A stretch of DNA of 64,000 nucleotides from Terriglobia bacterium (GTDB taxonomy: Bacteria > Acidobacteriota > Terriglobia > 20CM-2-55-15). The stretch is from the NCBI GenBank assembly GCA_963664115.2, contig CAXWPJ010000002.1:320001-384000 (forward strand). The letters run 5' to 3'. Made by a program: the position numbers and the translations under genes. Of the stretch, positions 51,161-61,702 are shown piece by piece; the stretch's first letter is position 1, and each line of letters opens with the position of its first letter. The notes beneath the pieces are model-generated. The model was not told the DNA's origin and ran no database searches. It saw only the letters and a list, made by a program, of their open reading frames with translations.

Positions 51161-52006
51161 ATGAAATACGAACATAAGGCAAGTCTAAGTCTCGAGAAAG
51201 CACCTCAGAAGAGAGCATGGGCCGGGTTTTTGGCAAGTGCATATCTGGTGGTGTCCACGCTGGCACTCGCGCCGGCGGACCTCGCGGCTCAGGCCCAGTA
51301 TCCCGACGAGCAGATTATCCCGGACCACGTTGATAAATTTACGAAGACAAATTGGACACGGGACCGCCGGTGGCCGAGGGGCGATTGCGGCGATTTGACT
51401 GACGCTTATGGCCGCAATCTTACCGATTGCTCGATACCATGGCCCGAAGTGCAGGTTAACGAGAGAGGCCGCACCTGGCTGGAATACTTTGATGCGCAGC
51501 AGTCACCGACGTTGAGCGAGTGTGCCGCGGTTACAACTCCGGGAATATTGGGTGACGTTCGTCCGTTCAGCTTCTTGTTCAAGACCGACAGCTTGATCAT
51601 CAACTACGAACATGCCGGTATCGTGCGCACGGTCTGGATGGACGGTCGCCGTCACCCACCGCCGACCGACCTGTTCCAACACGGACATGCGATCGCTCGG
51701 TGGGAAGGTGAGGAACTGATCATAGAAACCCAGAACTTCACCTGGGATCCCGATGGCCTCGACGACCACATCCATCTCGCTGCTTCGACACGAAAACGAG
51801 TGATCGAACGCTACAGCATGGTCGACGATGAGACCATGAGCATTATGATCACCTACGAAGATCCTGTCTTCTTAAACGCACCTATCACGTGGGAGCAGAG
51901 ATGGGTCAAAGAAGAAACGCCCCAGGATGGCTGGTGGGAGTGCAATCCCGAAATCACACGGACAGAAATAGAAAACACGTATCCGGATCGATACGGGAAC
52001 GAATAA
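51161..52006 (+). CDS. Exported 'WEG'-family protein
   Basis: RTVWMDGR, GHAIARWEGEELII, WECNPE. Confidence 0.8.
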   Translation: MKYEHKASLSLEKAPQKRAWAGFLASAYLVVSTLALAPADLAAQAQYPDEQIIPDHVDKFTKTNWTRDRRWPRGDCGDLTDAYGRNLTDCSIPWPEVQVNERGRTWLEYFDAQQSPTLSECAAVTTPGILGDVRPFSFLFKTDSLIINYEHAGIVRTVWMDGRRHPPPTDLFQHGHAIARWEGEELIIETQNFTWDPDGLDDHIHLAASTRKRVIERYSMVDDETMSIMITYEDPVFLNAPITWEQRWVKEETPQDGWWECNPEITRTEIENTYPDRYGNE

Positions 52007-52016
52007 TTTCAGTTTG

Positions 52017-52044
52017 GAATGCCCCCGCTCCGGAGGGGGCATTC
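52017..52044 (+). terminator. GC-rich hairpin, possible terminator
   Basis: gaatgccccc-N8-gggggcattc just after the stop; U-tract is weak. Confidence 0.5.
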
Positions 52045-52234
52045 AACCCGAACCCGCCGCAGCCTGCCGCAGACCGCATAGAGTCAGTCGCCTTACAACC
52101 GCCTTCCCTGCTTGCAATTAAGAGTGGTCCTTCGGATAATCCTGTCTTCACCAAGACTTCATGAAGCTCGTGCCCGAAGACAGTCTTTTAAGAACGCAAC
52201 CGTTCAGTTCGAAAGATTAGGGAGGATCGGTATC

Positions 52235-53638
52235 GTGGGGAAGCATTCGGCGGTCATGTTTGCAGTTTTGTTGTTCGTTGCGGGAAGTGGTGCCGCCGCC
52301 AGCGGCCAAACGCTCGTCCTCGAGGGGGGAACCGTGATCGACGGCACCGGCGGACCTCCGATTCCCGATGCCGTGGTTGTGATCGAAGGTTCCAGAATTC
52401 GGGCAGTCGGGACGAGGGAACAGGTGTCCTATCCAGGCGATGCCCAGGTCATCAACACCGAAGGCCGAACCATACTTCCGGGCCTGGTCGACTCCCACAT
52501 TCACCTTCGGGACCATGTGTTGCCGATGTTCCTGCCCTATGGGGTGACGACTGTAGCGGATACGAATAACTACACGAGCTGGAGCATTGCGTTGCGGGAA
52601 GCTCTAACAGACGGAAGGATCAAGGGTCCCAGACTCTTTGTGTCCGGTATCGCCGCGGGTGGGCCGATGGCCGGAGACGGTGCCACACTGGCTTCACCAA
52701 GCCGGGAATTTGGTGCCTATGCCCGGAACTCGTCCGATGGATCCGTGAGCCCCGGCGTCGCTCTCGAGACCGTAGAGGAAGCCCGGGCCTACGTCGGAAG
52801 TCTCCTCGCAAAGGGCGTGGATATGCTCAAGGTGGATCTCGATGTGACGCTCGAACAATTACGAGCCATCATCGAAGAAGCAAATCGTGCCGGGGTCGTG
52901 GTTGTCGGGCATTCAGAGAACATGGCGACGGCGGCCGAGATCGGGCTCAAATACATGGAACACACCGACACCGTAGGACGGGCCATCCTTGAGAAAATGA
53001 ACGTCGTTCCAGAGCAGGGGTCGAGCCCCGAAAGTTTGATGGACACGCGCCTCTTCGATCCCCTCATCGAGCTGATGGTGCGGCAGGGCGTCTACGCGAA
53101 CCCAACACTATTTGTACGTTGGGGGGCCTCGACGCCTCGAGCGCGGGAATGGGCGGATGCCGCAAGGGAGCTGATCCAGGACCCCGGACTTGCGTTTGTA
53201 CCCGCCACCGTCCGCGAACCCTGGACGCGCCCCCGCGGACGCGCCGACATCCAGGGCTTCACGAAAGTGGCAGAATTTTTGCGACGGTTTGTAGAGGCGG
53301 GCGGCAAGATTGCGGCAGGCACCGATTCAGGGTATATGCCGGGTCTCAGCCTCCACTACGAAATGCAGATGATGGTCGACATCGGCATGTCGCCGATGCA
53401 GGCGATTCAGGGTGCAACCCTGTGGGGTGCGGAATCGATCGGTCAAGAGACGGATCTTGGCAGCCTCGAAGCAGGAAAGTTGGCCGACATTACGGTGGTT
53501 GAAGGCAATCCGCTCGACGACATCTCGGCGACACGAAACGTTAGGATGGTCATCAAAGGCGGAAACATCATGGACACGTCCTACGACCCCGCATTCGTGA
53601 CGCCCATCCCGCGGCCGCGGGATGGAAACATCGACTGA
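52235..53638 (+). CDS. Exported amidohydrolase
   Basis: DSHIH, GVTT, K, GH, EH, GTDSG, GKLADI. Confidence 0.88.
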   Translation: MGKHSAVMFAVLLFVAGSGAAASGQTLVLEGGTVIDGTGGPPIPDAVVVIEGSRIRAVGTREQVSYPGDAQVINTEGRTILPGLVDSHIHLRDHVLPMFLPYGVTTVADTNNYTSWSIALREALTDGRIKGPRLFVSGIAAGGPMAGDGATLASPSREFGAYARNSSDGSVSPGVALETVEEARAYVGSLLAKGVDMLKVDLDVTLEQLRAIIEEANRAGVVVVGHSENMATAAEIGLKYMEHTDTVGRAILEKMNVVPEQGSSPESLMDTRLFDPLIELMVRQGVYANPTLFVRWGASTPRAREWADAARELIQDPGLAFVPATVREPWTRPRGRADIQGFTKVAEFLRRFVEAGGKIAAGTDSGYMPGLSLHYEMQMMVDIGMSPMQAIQGATLWGAESIGQETDLGSLEAGKLADITVVEGNPLDDISATRNVRMVIKGGNIMDTSYDPAFVTPIPRPRDGNID

Positions 53639-53727
53639 GTCCAGGGTACATTTCCTCCCATTGCTAGCCGATAGCGGCCGCTATAGTGTGCCCTGGTTTG
53701 TGGGCGAAGCTTCCCAGGACGGAAGAC

Positions 53728-54540
53728 TTAGTTGTCGGTCCCGAATATACCCGGATCACGAATTCTGAGGTTGAAGTCGCCCAACTCATTCATCGGCGCA
53801 CAGATCGCTTCCGTAATTCCAGAGAACAATCCTTTCCATCCAAAGTAGTTCACGTCATCTTCTGGCAATCGACTGAAAATCGTCGGCAGCGGGGCCCAGG
53901 GTGCGGTGTAGTTCTTCGGGTCAACGACGACCACCCGACCCTCTATGGTGTCGACGCCGGTCCGCGTATACCGCTCGTATATCTGCGCGTCGAAGCCCAG
54001 TGGATTGCCGTTCACATCGATCCACGTTCTCTCATCGAAACCGGTGGTAACGACGAAGAGCGTGTCTCCCTCCCACTCGGCAACTGAGTGTCCGTACCAG
54101 GCCGGTCCAAGGCTCTCGAGGTTCTCACCCGAGGGCAGTTCCCGCCCGTCCAACCACAGTTCGCGTAGCGTACGCTCCCACTGGAAAAACTGAAGTACCC
54201 GGTCGCCGGTGTGGACAAACTCGAGGGGTTCGTTCTCCTCCCACACCAGCCGCGGAAAACCCTGAGGATTGCACTGATACATCGGATCGTTGCTCTCGGC
54301 CGCGTTTTCGGCCTCGCGGTCCGGGACACGTCCAGCCATCATCGCAATACCCGCCGGCGTCAAGGGAGGATGATCGTTGTCTCGAGGCGTGCGCCCGATC
54401 CAGTAACCGGAGAGATCCCGCGGATCAAAGTCACCCGCCGCAGCTCCCCTCTGTCCCAAAGACACCTCAGGGACTGCGAGGACTCCAATCGAAAGAACAA
54501 ACGCCCAGATTAAGACTGGCACCACCCACCGATTTCGCAT
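53728..54540 (-). CDS. Exported 'WEGDTL'-family protein
   Basis: DLSGYW, CNPQGFPR, GHSVAEWEGDTL, EAICAP. Confidence 0.82.
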   Translation of the reverse strand: MRNRWVVPVLIWAFVLSIGVLAVPEVSLGQRGAAAGDFDPRDLSGYWIGRTPRDNDHPPLTPAGIAMMAGRVPDREAENAAESNDPMYQCNPQGFPRLVWEENEPLEFVHTGDRVLQFFQWERTLRELWLDGRELPSGENLESLGPAWYGHSVAEWEGDTLFVVTTGFDERTWIDVNGNPLGFDAQIYERYTRTGVDTIEGRVVVVDPKNYTAPWAPLPTIFSRLPEDDVNYFGWKGLFSGITEAICAPMNELGDFNLRIRDPGIFGTDN

Positions 54541-54704
54541 TTTCGGATCTCCTTAGCTAATCCTGATCGTATTGAAGTCATGAGAATCGACGTTCTCAAG
54601 CGACGCCTTCCGTGTGTCGCTAACGCTCGTAGATTGTTCGATTTCTGACTTATTTGGATGCTAGACCGCGACAGCTTAGCTGTCAACTCGTTTCCCCGCC
54701 GAAA

Positions 54705-55604
54705 CTATGGGGCTCGGACTGCGGCCTTTGACTGTTCCTCCAACTTGTAGTTGAAGAGCTTCTCGTAGTTGTCGATTGCATGATGGTAGCCTTCGGGATC
54801 CACGAAGGGGTTCGGACCCCGCCCGATGGCCGCATGTTTCTCTACCATATTGTAATGATCGTTGTGCGAACCCAGGAACACGTCGGCGTCCAATGACCGG
54901 AGGAGCGCATAGGTGCGCTTGAAATCGTCCGCGATCTCGGGGTAATCCTCGTTGTCTACCAGAACGATACGGCCGTTCGCACCGATGCAACCCATAATGA
55001 CGACATTGTAGGATCTCCCGCCTTCCATCGTTTCCGTGGTCCAGGACGTGCAGCCACGCGTATGACCGGGAGTGAGGCGGGCTACCAGCGTCGTGTCACC
55101 CAGAGTAACCCGATCGAATTCATGCAGTACGCGATCAATCGGATGCGGCTTACCACCCGGACGCAACTGTTCCAGTCCCGGAACGTCAAGGTCCAGTGCC
55201 ATAACCTGGGCACCGGTCAGTTCCTTTACAAGCGCGTCGCCTTCCATATGGTCCGCATGAGCGTGACTGCCAAGGACGATCTTGATGTCGTCAAAATCGA
55301 AACCCAGCTGCGCTATCGAGTCGCGAATCCAGGGCAGGTTGCGTTCGTAGTTGCTGTTGATGAGGATGAGTCCCTCGGGCGTCGTGATCAGAAAGGATGC
55401 GTGTCTGCTCTCACCCACGAAATAAATATTCCCGACTATTTTGTGCGCCGGAAACGGCATGTCGGGGGCGCGTAGCGCACGTGCCTCGGGGCTGTCGCGA
55501 TAGAGCAGAAATTCGAGCGTCAATGGCTCGGTCCCCTGTGCCCCAGAATGCAAAGGACCAGACACGACCAACATTAAAGCCATAACCCATTTGTTTATTC
55601 GCAT
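54705..55604 (-). CDS. Subclass B3 MBL-like hydrolase
   Basis: SHAHADH, TPGHTRGC, LGSH. Substrate unknown; not necessarily a resistance gene. Confidence 0.85.
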   Translation of the reverse strand: MRINKWVMALMLVVSGPLHSGAQGTEPLTLEFLLYRDSPEARALRAPDMPFPAHKIVGNIYFVGESRHASFLITTPEGLILINSNYERNLPWIRDSIAQLGFDFDDIKIVLGSHAHADHMEGDALVKELTGAQVMALDLDVPGLEQLRPGGKPHPIDRVLHEFDRVTLGDTTLVARLTPGHTRGCTSWTTETMEGGRSYNVVIMGCIGANGRIVLVDNEDYPEIADDFKRTYALLRSLDADVFLGSHNDHYNMVEKHAAIGRGPNPFVDPEGYHHAIDNYEKLFNYKLEEQSKAAVRAP

Positions 55605-55803
55605 AGGGCTTCCTCCCATAGAAATCTCATGGTCGAGACTTGTCGGCGATAGTAACGGTATCGGGAATCGAGAACAACAGTTTGTCTCTCACCTCCGAGG
55701 TCAATGGCGACACATCCCCATCCGCCGAACCGTTATTGAGTCTTGACGTCAAACTGTGGGAGTGGGATTGTTTACGGCTGACTCTGTCGGCTGAGGCCTT
55801 ACA

Positions 55804-58038
55804 GTGAAATTTATGATACTCGTCTTTATCTGCTTGTTACTCCTTGCCCTGCCTCACGGTATGAGTGCGCAAGACGGCAACCCGACCGCAGGATCAACGC
55901 CGCCGGATGAGCTCTCCATATACGCGGGGAGACCCCGAGTAAGCGCGCTGCGCCTCGGCGCGGACGAAACCGTAGATATCGACGGCCGTCTCGATGAAGC
56001 CGCATGGGGGCGCGCCATTCCCGCCATGGATTTCACGCAGCAAGATCCGGATCTCGGCCAACCCGCAACTGAACGCACGGAGGTCCGATTCCTGTTGAGC
56101 GGCAACACGCTTTACATGGGAGTCGTCTGTTACGACTCCGACCCCGGTGGCGTGATGGCGAACACGATGCAACGCGATGCGCCGCTGTCCGCCGATGACC
56201 GGTTCATGTGGACATTCGATACGTATCTGGACGCCCGTTCTGCATATTATTTTGAAATGAATCCCAATGGCTCCATGGGAGATGCGCTGATCCTTTCCAC
56301 TAACTCTACCAACGCCAGCGATGCGGGCCGCGCCTGGGACGGCATCTGGAACGGAGAGGTTCAGGTGAGCGAAATCGGATGGACCCTCGAAATCGCAATT
56401 CCGTTCCGAACCCTCAACTTCGATCCGAATGCACCGGCATGGGGTGTGAACTTCCAGCGGACAATCCGGCGGAAAGAGGAAGAAAGTCTCTGGACAGGAT
56501 TTGAACGCAACCAGGGATTGAATCGAGTGTCGAATTCCGGATTGCTGGTAGGAATTTCCAACGTCAGCCAGGGTGTAGGACTCGATGTGCAGCCTTATGT
56601 CACCGGGAGATACATCGATGCTCCCGGACGAAATCGGGCATCCGAGTTCGAGGGAGATGGCGGTGTCGATTTCACTTACGCCATCACACCCGCACTGAGA
56701 GGACAATTCACCATAAACACGGACTTCGCCGAAACCGAGGTCGATCAGCGACGGGTCAACCTGACACGCTTTCCACTGTTTTTTCCGGAGAGGCGTCTGT
56801 TCTTCCTCGAGGGCACGACAGTTTTTGAGTTCTCAAGGGACCCGGGCGCCGTCAGGCCTTTCTTCAGCCGCCAGATCGGACTCGACGTCGACGGCCAGCC
56901 GCAGCGGGTTGAATACGGTGCAAAGCTGACGGGTCAAATCGCAGGCAGAGACATTGGCTTGATCCATGTCCGCACTGCGCGTTCGGGTGACCGTGTCGGC
57001 GAAGACTTTACCGTCTTGCGAGGCAAAACGAACTTCTTCCTGCAGTCCTATGCAGGCCTGATTTACACCCGACGAGCGGAGCGAGACACCGAGGTCTCGG
57101 ACCGCCACACGGTCGGGGCCGATTTCTCCTTGCGCACGTCCAGCTTTCGGGGAAACGAAAACCTCGAGCTGAGCGGTTACTACGTCTGGAACACAAGCAT
57201 CGACACCGAATCCGGAGGCGCGAACTTCGGCTTCCGGCTCGATTATCCGAACGAATTTTGGGACGCACGGGTATCGGTCCGCGAGGTAGGGGAGGGTCAC
57301 AACCCCGCCGTCGGTTTTATTGACCGTCGGTGAGTCAGACACTACCGTCCCGCTGTGGGGTTTATGCCACGGCCCGCCAATAGCCGTTACGTCCGCAATT
57401 TTTTGTTTGACGGGGGCCTGCGCCTGACCACAGATCTCGAAAACCGTACGCTCACACGCACGACCCCAGTCCGGGCGGATGTGTACTTTCAGTCCGGAGA
57501 CAGCATTCGATTCACGCTGACGCCCACGTATGAGTTACTGGAACGAGACTTCGAGATTTCACCGGGGGTGGTGCTTCCCGCTAACGGCGCGTACGACTTC
57601 ACGCGCTACCGCGTGACGCTTTCAACAGCGGATCGGCGTGCATTATCTGTCACCACCCAGTATGAAAACGGAGGTTTTTTCTCGGGAAACCGTCGGAACT
57701 TCGACTTGAATATCGGCATCCGGCCGATTCCGGGTGTCCTCGTCAATGTGAACAACGAGTGGAATCGCATCGAATTGCCGGAAGGTAGTTTCTCGACACG
57801 GGTACTGCGGCTCAACGCGAACACACAGTTCAGCCCTTCGATCTCTCTGGTCAACAACCTGCAGCACGATTCGGTGAGCCATGTTCTTGGCTGGCAGTCC
57901 CGCCTTCGATGGATTTTGCGGCCGGGCAACAATTTCTATTTCGTGTACGCCCACAACTGGCTGGACGAAACGGGGACCGAATGGGTCACTCTCGACCGCA
58001 GCGCCACTACGAAGCTCACCTACACGCACCGATTCTGA
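55804..58038 (+). pseudogene. DUF5916-like protein interrupted by an in-frame TGA (57331-57333)
   Basis: Collinear with 42500-44773 on both sides of the TGA and ends YTHRF. Confidence 0.75.
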
Positions 58039-58079
58039 ATCTAGCTTTGGGACAACCCGAAGTGAGGTGCTCGCCTCTC

Positions 58080-58109
58080 TTGACACTCCCGAGCCGGAGG
58101 AGTCAGAAT
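58080..58109 (+). promoter_or_regulatory. Putative promoter shared with 61615-61644
   Basis: TTGACA-18 nt-CAGAAT followed by gctccc in both copies. Confidence 0.55.
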
Positions 58110-58166
58110 GCTCCCCAACCGGACTGTGATTTCTGAAACAAACCGGAACAATCGACGGAGGTCTCC

Positions 58167-59081
58167 ATGAGTAAGTGCATCTGGGCGATAGTGGTTATCT
58201 TTACCCTGGCCGCGGGTGTCTCTGCCCAGACCACGAACCCCAATTACGAGGTCACGCCCTTTGGTGATCCTCCCTACGCAGACGCAACCGGGCGAGACAG
58301 AGACACGATATCGGTCGCCGCTGATGGTAAGGGATCCATACTCGTCTTGCGGCGCTCCCAACCGCCCGTGCTTGTTTTCAACCGCGCGGGAGAACTCCAG
58401 AAGGCCTGGGGGACGGACTTGTTCACCGACACGCACAACATCGATGTCGACCGTGATGGATTCGTCTGGATCGGCGACCGCAACGGTCAGATGGTCTACA
58501 AATTCACGATGGACGGCGAACAGCTTCTGGCACTTGGAACGAAGGGCGTCAGAGGCGACAACAGCTCGAGGGTCGCCTTCAACCGTCCCAGTGACGTCGC
58601 CATCGCCGCAAACGGCGATATCTTCGTGGCGGACGGCTACGACAATAACCGCGTCGTGCACTTCTCGAAAGATGGCGCGTTCATCAAGATCATCGGCGGC
58701 ACGCCCGGAAGCGCACCCGGAGAATTCGAAGAAGTTCATGGTGTCCAGATTGACTCGCGCGGCCGACTGATTGTCATGGACGGTCATTCCGACCACCCCC
58801 GCCTTCAGGTCTGGGCCCAGAACGGCACGTTCATCGAAGAGTGGGCCGATCTCGGACTCACGATGGGCTCGGGACTTGTGATGGGTGACAACGACACGTT
58901 CTACATCGGGGACACCGATGCTCAGACGATCAAGGTCGTGAAAGACGGTCGCGTGATTGATGTGATCGCAGGACTCGAAGCCCGACCGCACAACATTGCG
59001 CTAGATGCAGGAACGGGCGACTTGTACCTGGCCGATACCATGACACCCGGAGGCATGGTCAGAAAAGTTTCTAAGAAGTAG
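58167..59081 (+). CDS. Exported NHL-repeat beta-propeller
   Basis: FNRPSDVAIAANGDIFVADGYDNNR. Confidence 0.88.
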   Translation: MSKCIWAIVVIFTLAAGVSAQTTNPNYEVTPFGDPPYADATGRDRDTISVAADGKGSILVLRRSQPPVLVFNRAGELQKAWGTDLFTDTHNIDVDRDGFVWIGDRNGQMVYKFTMDGEQLLALGTKGVRGDNSSRVAFNRPSDVAIAANGDIFVADGYDNNRVVHFSKDGAFIKIIGGTPGSAPGEFEEVHGVQIDSRGRLIVMDGHSDHPRLQVWAQNGTFIEEWADLGLTMGSGLVMGDNDTFYIGDTDAQTIKVVKDGRVIDVIAGLEARPHNIALDAGTGDLYLADTMTPGGMVRKVSKK

Positions 59082-59173
59082 CCGATGGATCCCCGGGAAG
59101 CGTCGATCTCATCAGCCGCGCTGATCTAGACCGATCTGAAAGGTGGACCAAGAAAAATAGGTAGGGAAGATTC

Positions 59174-60208
59174 ATGAAACCTTATTTAACGCCTCTGTTC
59201 TGCGGTGCCCTGCTGCTGTCTGGTCCCGGCACGACTACGGCAAAAGCACAAATGGCTGACCGGACAGTCGAGGAACGCATTGCGATCGCCCGGGCCGCTG
59301 CCTATAGACCCGGACACGATCTTATCGACGTTTTCGAAACGCTTTGCAGGGACGCGATGTCGGAGGCCGGCCCCCAGCCACGGGGCCTTCAGATCGCCCC
59401 GTCATTAGCTGAACGAGAGGTTCCGCCAAGATCCGAGTGGTATGCCGAGCCCGGAAAGGTGTTCGATAACCTCTACTACGTCGGCAGCACAAACGATTCG
59501 ATATGGGCGGTCACGACGTCCGAAGGCATTATCGTCGTCGATACCGGCTACGACTACAGCATTGAGGAACTGACGAACGGGCTCAAGGAATTTGGCCTCG
59601 ATCCGGCCGACATCGAGTATGTCGTCCTCAGTCACGCCCATGGCGACCGCTACTTCGGCGCTAAGTTCCTTCAGGACACGTACGGCTCACGCATTATCAT
59701 GTCCGAGGCCGACTGGGAAACCATGGCGAAGAGCAATGAGCCCCCGGAGCTGAAAGCCGCGAAAGACATGGTCGCGACCGATGGCATGCGGCTAACGCTC
59801 GGCGATATGACGCTGACGCTCTACATCACTCCGGGCCACACTCCCGGCACGATCTCGACGGTGATCCCCGGACTGCGGGACGGAAACCAGCAGCATGTCG
59901 GTGTGGTCTGGGGTGGCATGAATCCGAGTTTCGAGCGATACGGAATCCAGTACTACTCAAGCCTTGCCGAAACCTTTAAGACATGGAGCGATTCCACATG
60001 GCGCTTTAAGGATATTGCCGAGAATGCCGGCGCCGATGTGTATCTGGCTATCCACGCGCACTACGACAGAACCCTGGACAAGCTCCGGGCCTTAAAATAC
60101 CGCCGAGCTGGCGATCCTCATCCCTTCATCAGCAAGGACGCCGTCGATCGCTTTTTCACGATCATGGGCGAATGTACGGATGGGCAACTGGGAAGAGTGA
60201 GCGAGTAG
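59174..60208 (+). CDS. Exported MBL-fold hydrolase (B3-like)
   Basis: KVFDNLYYVG, SHAHGDR, TPGHTPG. Confidence 0.85.
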   Translation: MKPYLTPLFCGALLLSGPGTTTAKAQMADRTVEERIAIARAAAYRPGHDLIDVFETLCRDAMSEAGPQPRGLQIAPSLAEREVPPRSEWYAEPGKVFDNLYYVGSTNDSIWAVTTSEGIIVVDTGYDYSIEELTNGLKEFGLDPADIEYVVLSHAHGDRYFGAKFLQDTYGSRIIMSEADWETMAKSNEPPELKAAKDMVATDGMRLTLGDMTLTLYITPGHTPGTISTVIPGLRDGNQQHVGVVWGGMNPSFERYGIQYYSSLAETFKTWSDSTWRFKDIAENAGADVYLAIHAHYDRTLDKLRALKYRRAGDPHPFISKDAVDRFFTIMGECTDGQLGRVSE

Positions 60209-60451
60209 TTCCCTGTCGCCCTTGAATGCAGACACGACGCGGTTGAGGCGTGGGCCGGGCCGCGTCGTTTGCTTTCCTATGACAACGATTTCCCCTTGGC
60301 TCAATCCATCAGACAACCTATGATTACCCGTTGTTGCCGCCGTCGCGGTTCAGGTTTGGCAAGCGTTTGAGGTTCCTTTGCGCCCGAACGCAGCACGCGG
60401 TTACGAACACGGCGTCTAAATCACCTAAATTGAAATCGGAGAACTGAAAGA

Positions 60452-61420
60452 ATGGAAGGCAAGATTGCCCTAGAAGAGCATTTCGCGCTCGAAGAAACGC
60501 TTAAAGACGAGTTGTACAAAGTATGGTTCGCAGCGTGGGATGACATGCGTCGCCGCCTGCTCGAACTTGGCGACCTCCGGCTTGTAGAGATGGACAAGCA
60601 TGGAATCGAGCTGTCGATCATATCGCTGCACAATCCGGCCGTGCAGGGCGTTCCTGAGGCCGACAAAGCGATCGCATTGGCACAGAAAGCCAACGATGTG
60701 CTGGCTGAGGCCATCGCGAAACGGAGTGATCGATTTAAAGGCTTCGCCGCACTGCCGATGCAGGATCCCGACGCCGCCATCGTCGAACTGAACCGATGTG
60801 TGAAGGACCTGGGCTTCATGGGAGCCAACGTAAACGGCTTTTCCGAGGTTGGCGAAGCCGGTGCGGTCGTCTATCTGGATGACAAGCGTTATGAGCCATT
60901 CTGGGCGGAAGTAGAAAAGCTCGATGTCCCCTTCTACCTCCACCCCCGTGACCCCGTGAGCCAGGAAGCGATTTACGAAGGCCATCCCTGGTTTCGCGGT
61001 TCGGCATGGGCGTTTGGAGCCGAAACCTCGCTTCACGCGCTGCGTCTCATGGCGAGCGGTCTGTTTGACCGTTATCCGAAAGTGAACGTTATTCTTGGCC
61101 ATCTGGGCGAAGGCCTGCCCTACATGATCTGGCGTGTAGATCACCGTATTTCCAGAACACCTCGGGGCATTCCTGCTAAAAAGAAGATGGCGGACTATCT
61201 TCGCGAGAATTTCTATCACACGACGAGCGGCAATTTTCGCACCCAGTCGATGGTCGACGCGATGCTGGAGGTTGGATCCGATCGCATTCTGTTCTCCGTC
61301 GACTATCCCTTCGAAGACGCCATCGAGGCTTCGACTTGGTTCGATGACGCCCCCATTTCGGAAACAGACCGCTTGAAGATCGGTCGTACCAATGCCCAGA
61401 AGTTGTTCAAGCTCAGCTAG
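60452..61420 (+). CDS. Amidohydrolase-2 family decarboxylase (gamma-resorcylate/2,3-dihydroxybenzoate decarboxylase-like)
   Basis: KIALEEHF, YLHP, GHLGEGLP, TTSGNF, FSVDYPFE. Confidence 0.85.
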   Translation: MEGKIALEEHFALEETLKDELYKVWFAAWDDMRRRLLELGDLRLVEMDKHGIELSIISLHNPAVQGVPEADKAIALAQKANDVLAEAIAKRSDRFKGFAALPMQDPDAAIVELNRCVKDLGFMGANVNGFSEVGEAGAVVYLDDKRYEPFWAEVEKLDVPFYLHPRDPVSQEAIYEGHPWFRGSAWAFGAETSLHALRLMASGLFDRYPKVNVILGHLGEGLPYMIWRVDHRISRTPRGIPAKKKMADYLRENFYHTTSGNFRTQSMVDAMLEVGSDRILFSVDYPFEDAIEASTWFDDAPISETDRLKIGRTNAQKLFKLS

Positions 61421-61614
61421 TAGTCATATTCGGCAAATCTCCGGACTGCCACAACGGCAGTCCGGATCCCCCATTGCCCCACCTTGATAATCTCTTGCGG
61501 TCTCCCACGCGCATCTCACAAGCATGTCTGTTGGGAATGTGGTGGCATTTCGCCCCCCGCCGGGCGATCCATGCGCGCCGGGACGACAAACACTCCCGAG
61601 TCGCGAGCCAGGGT

Positions 61615-61644
61615 TTGACAGGTCCAAGCCAGCCGGGTCAGAAT
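61615..61644 (+). promoter_or_regulatory. Putative promoter shared with 58080-58109
   Basis: TTGACA-18 nt-CAGAAT. Confidence 0.55.
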
Positions 61645-61702
61645 GCTCCCACATCTTGTGCTCATCCTTCCAACAAACCGGAAGAATAGACGGAGGGTTC
61701 CC

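Noticed and set aside
54705-55604. Antibiotic-resistance carbapenemase call
   Set aside because: The B3-like fold is clear, but its context among many hydrolases gives no support for a resistance role.
38481-57333. Genome-wide TGA reassignment (genetic code 4 or 25)
   Set aside because: TGA ends genes at homologous C-termini (YTHRF-TGA at 58036 versus YTHRF-TAA in the paralog; kinase tails end in TGA, TAG or TAA), and Trp is encoded by TGG.
60441-60456. gaactgaaagaatgg resembling the kinase tail (similar short matches near 31592 and 36678)
   Set aside because: Match is 12 nt or less, lacks the cgggtgccgg core and R, and lies in purine-rich RBS or intergenic context.
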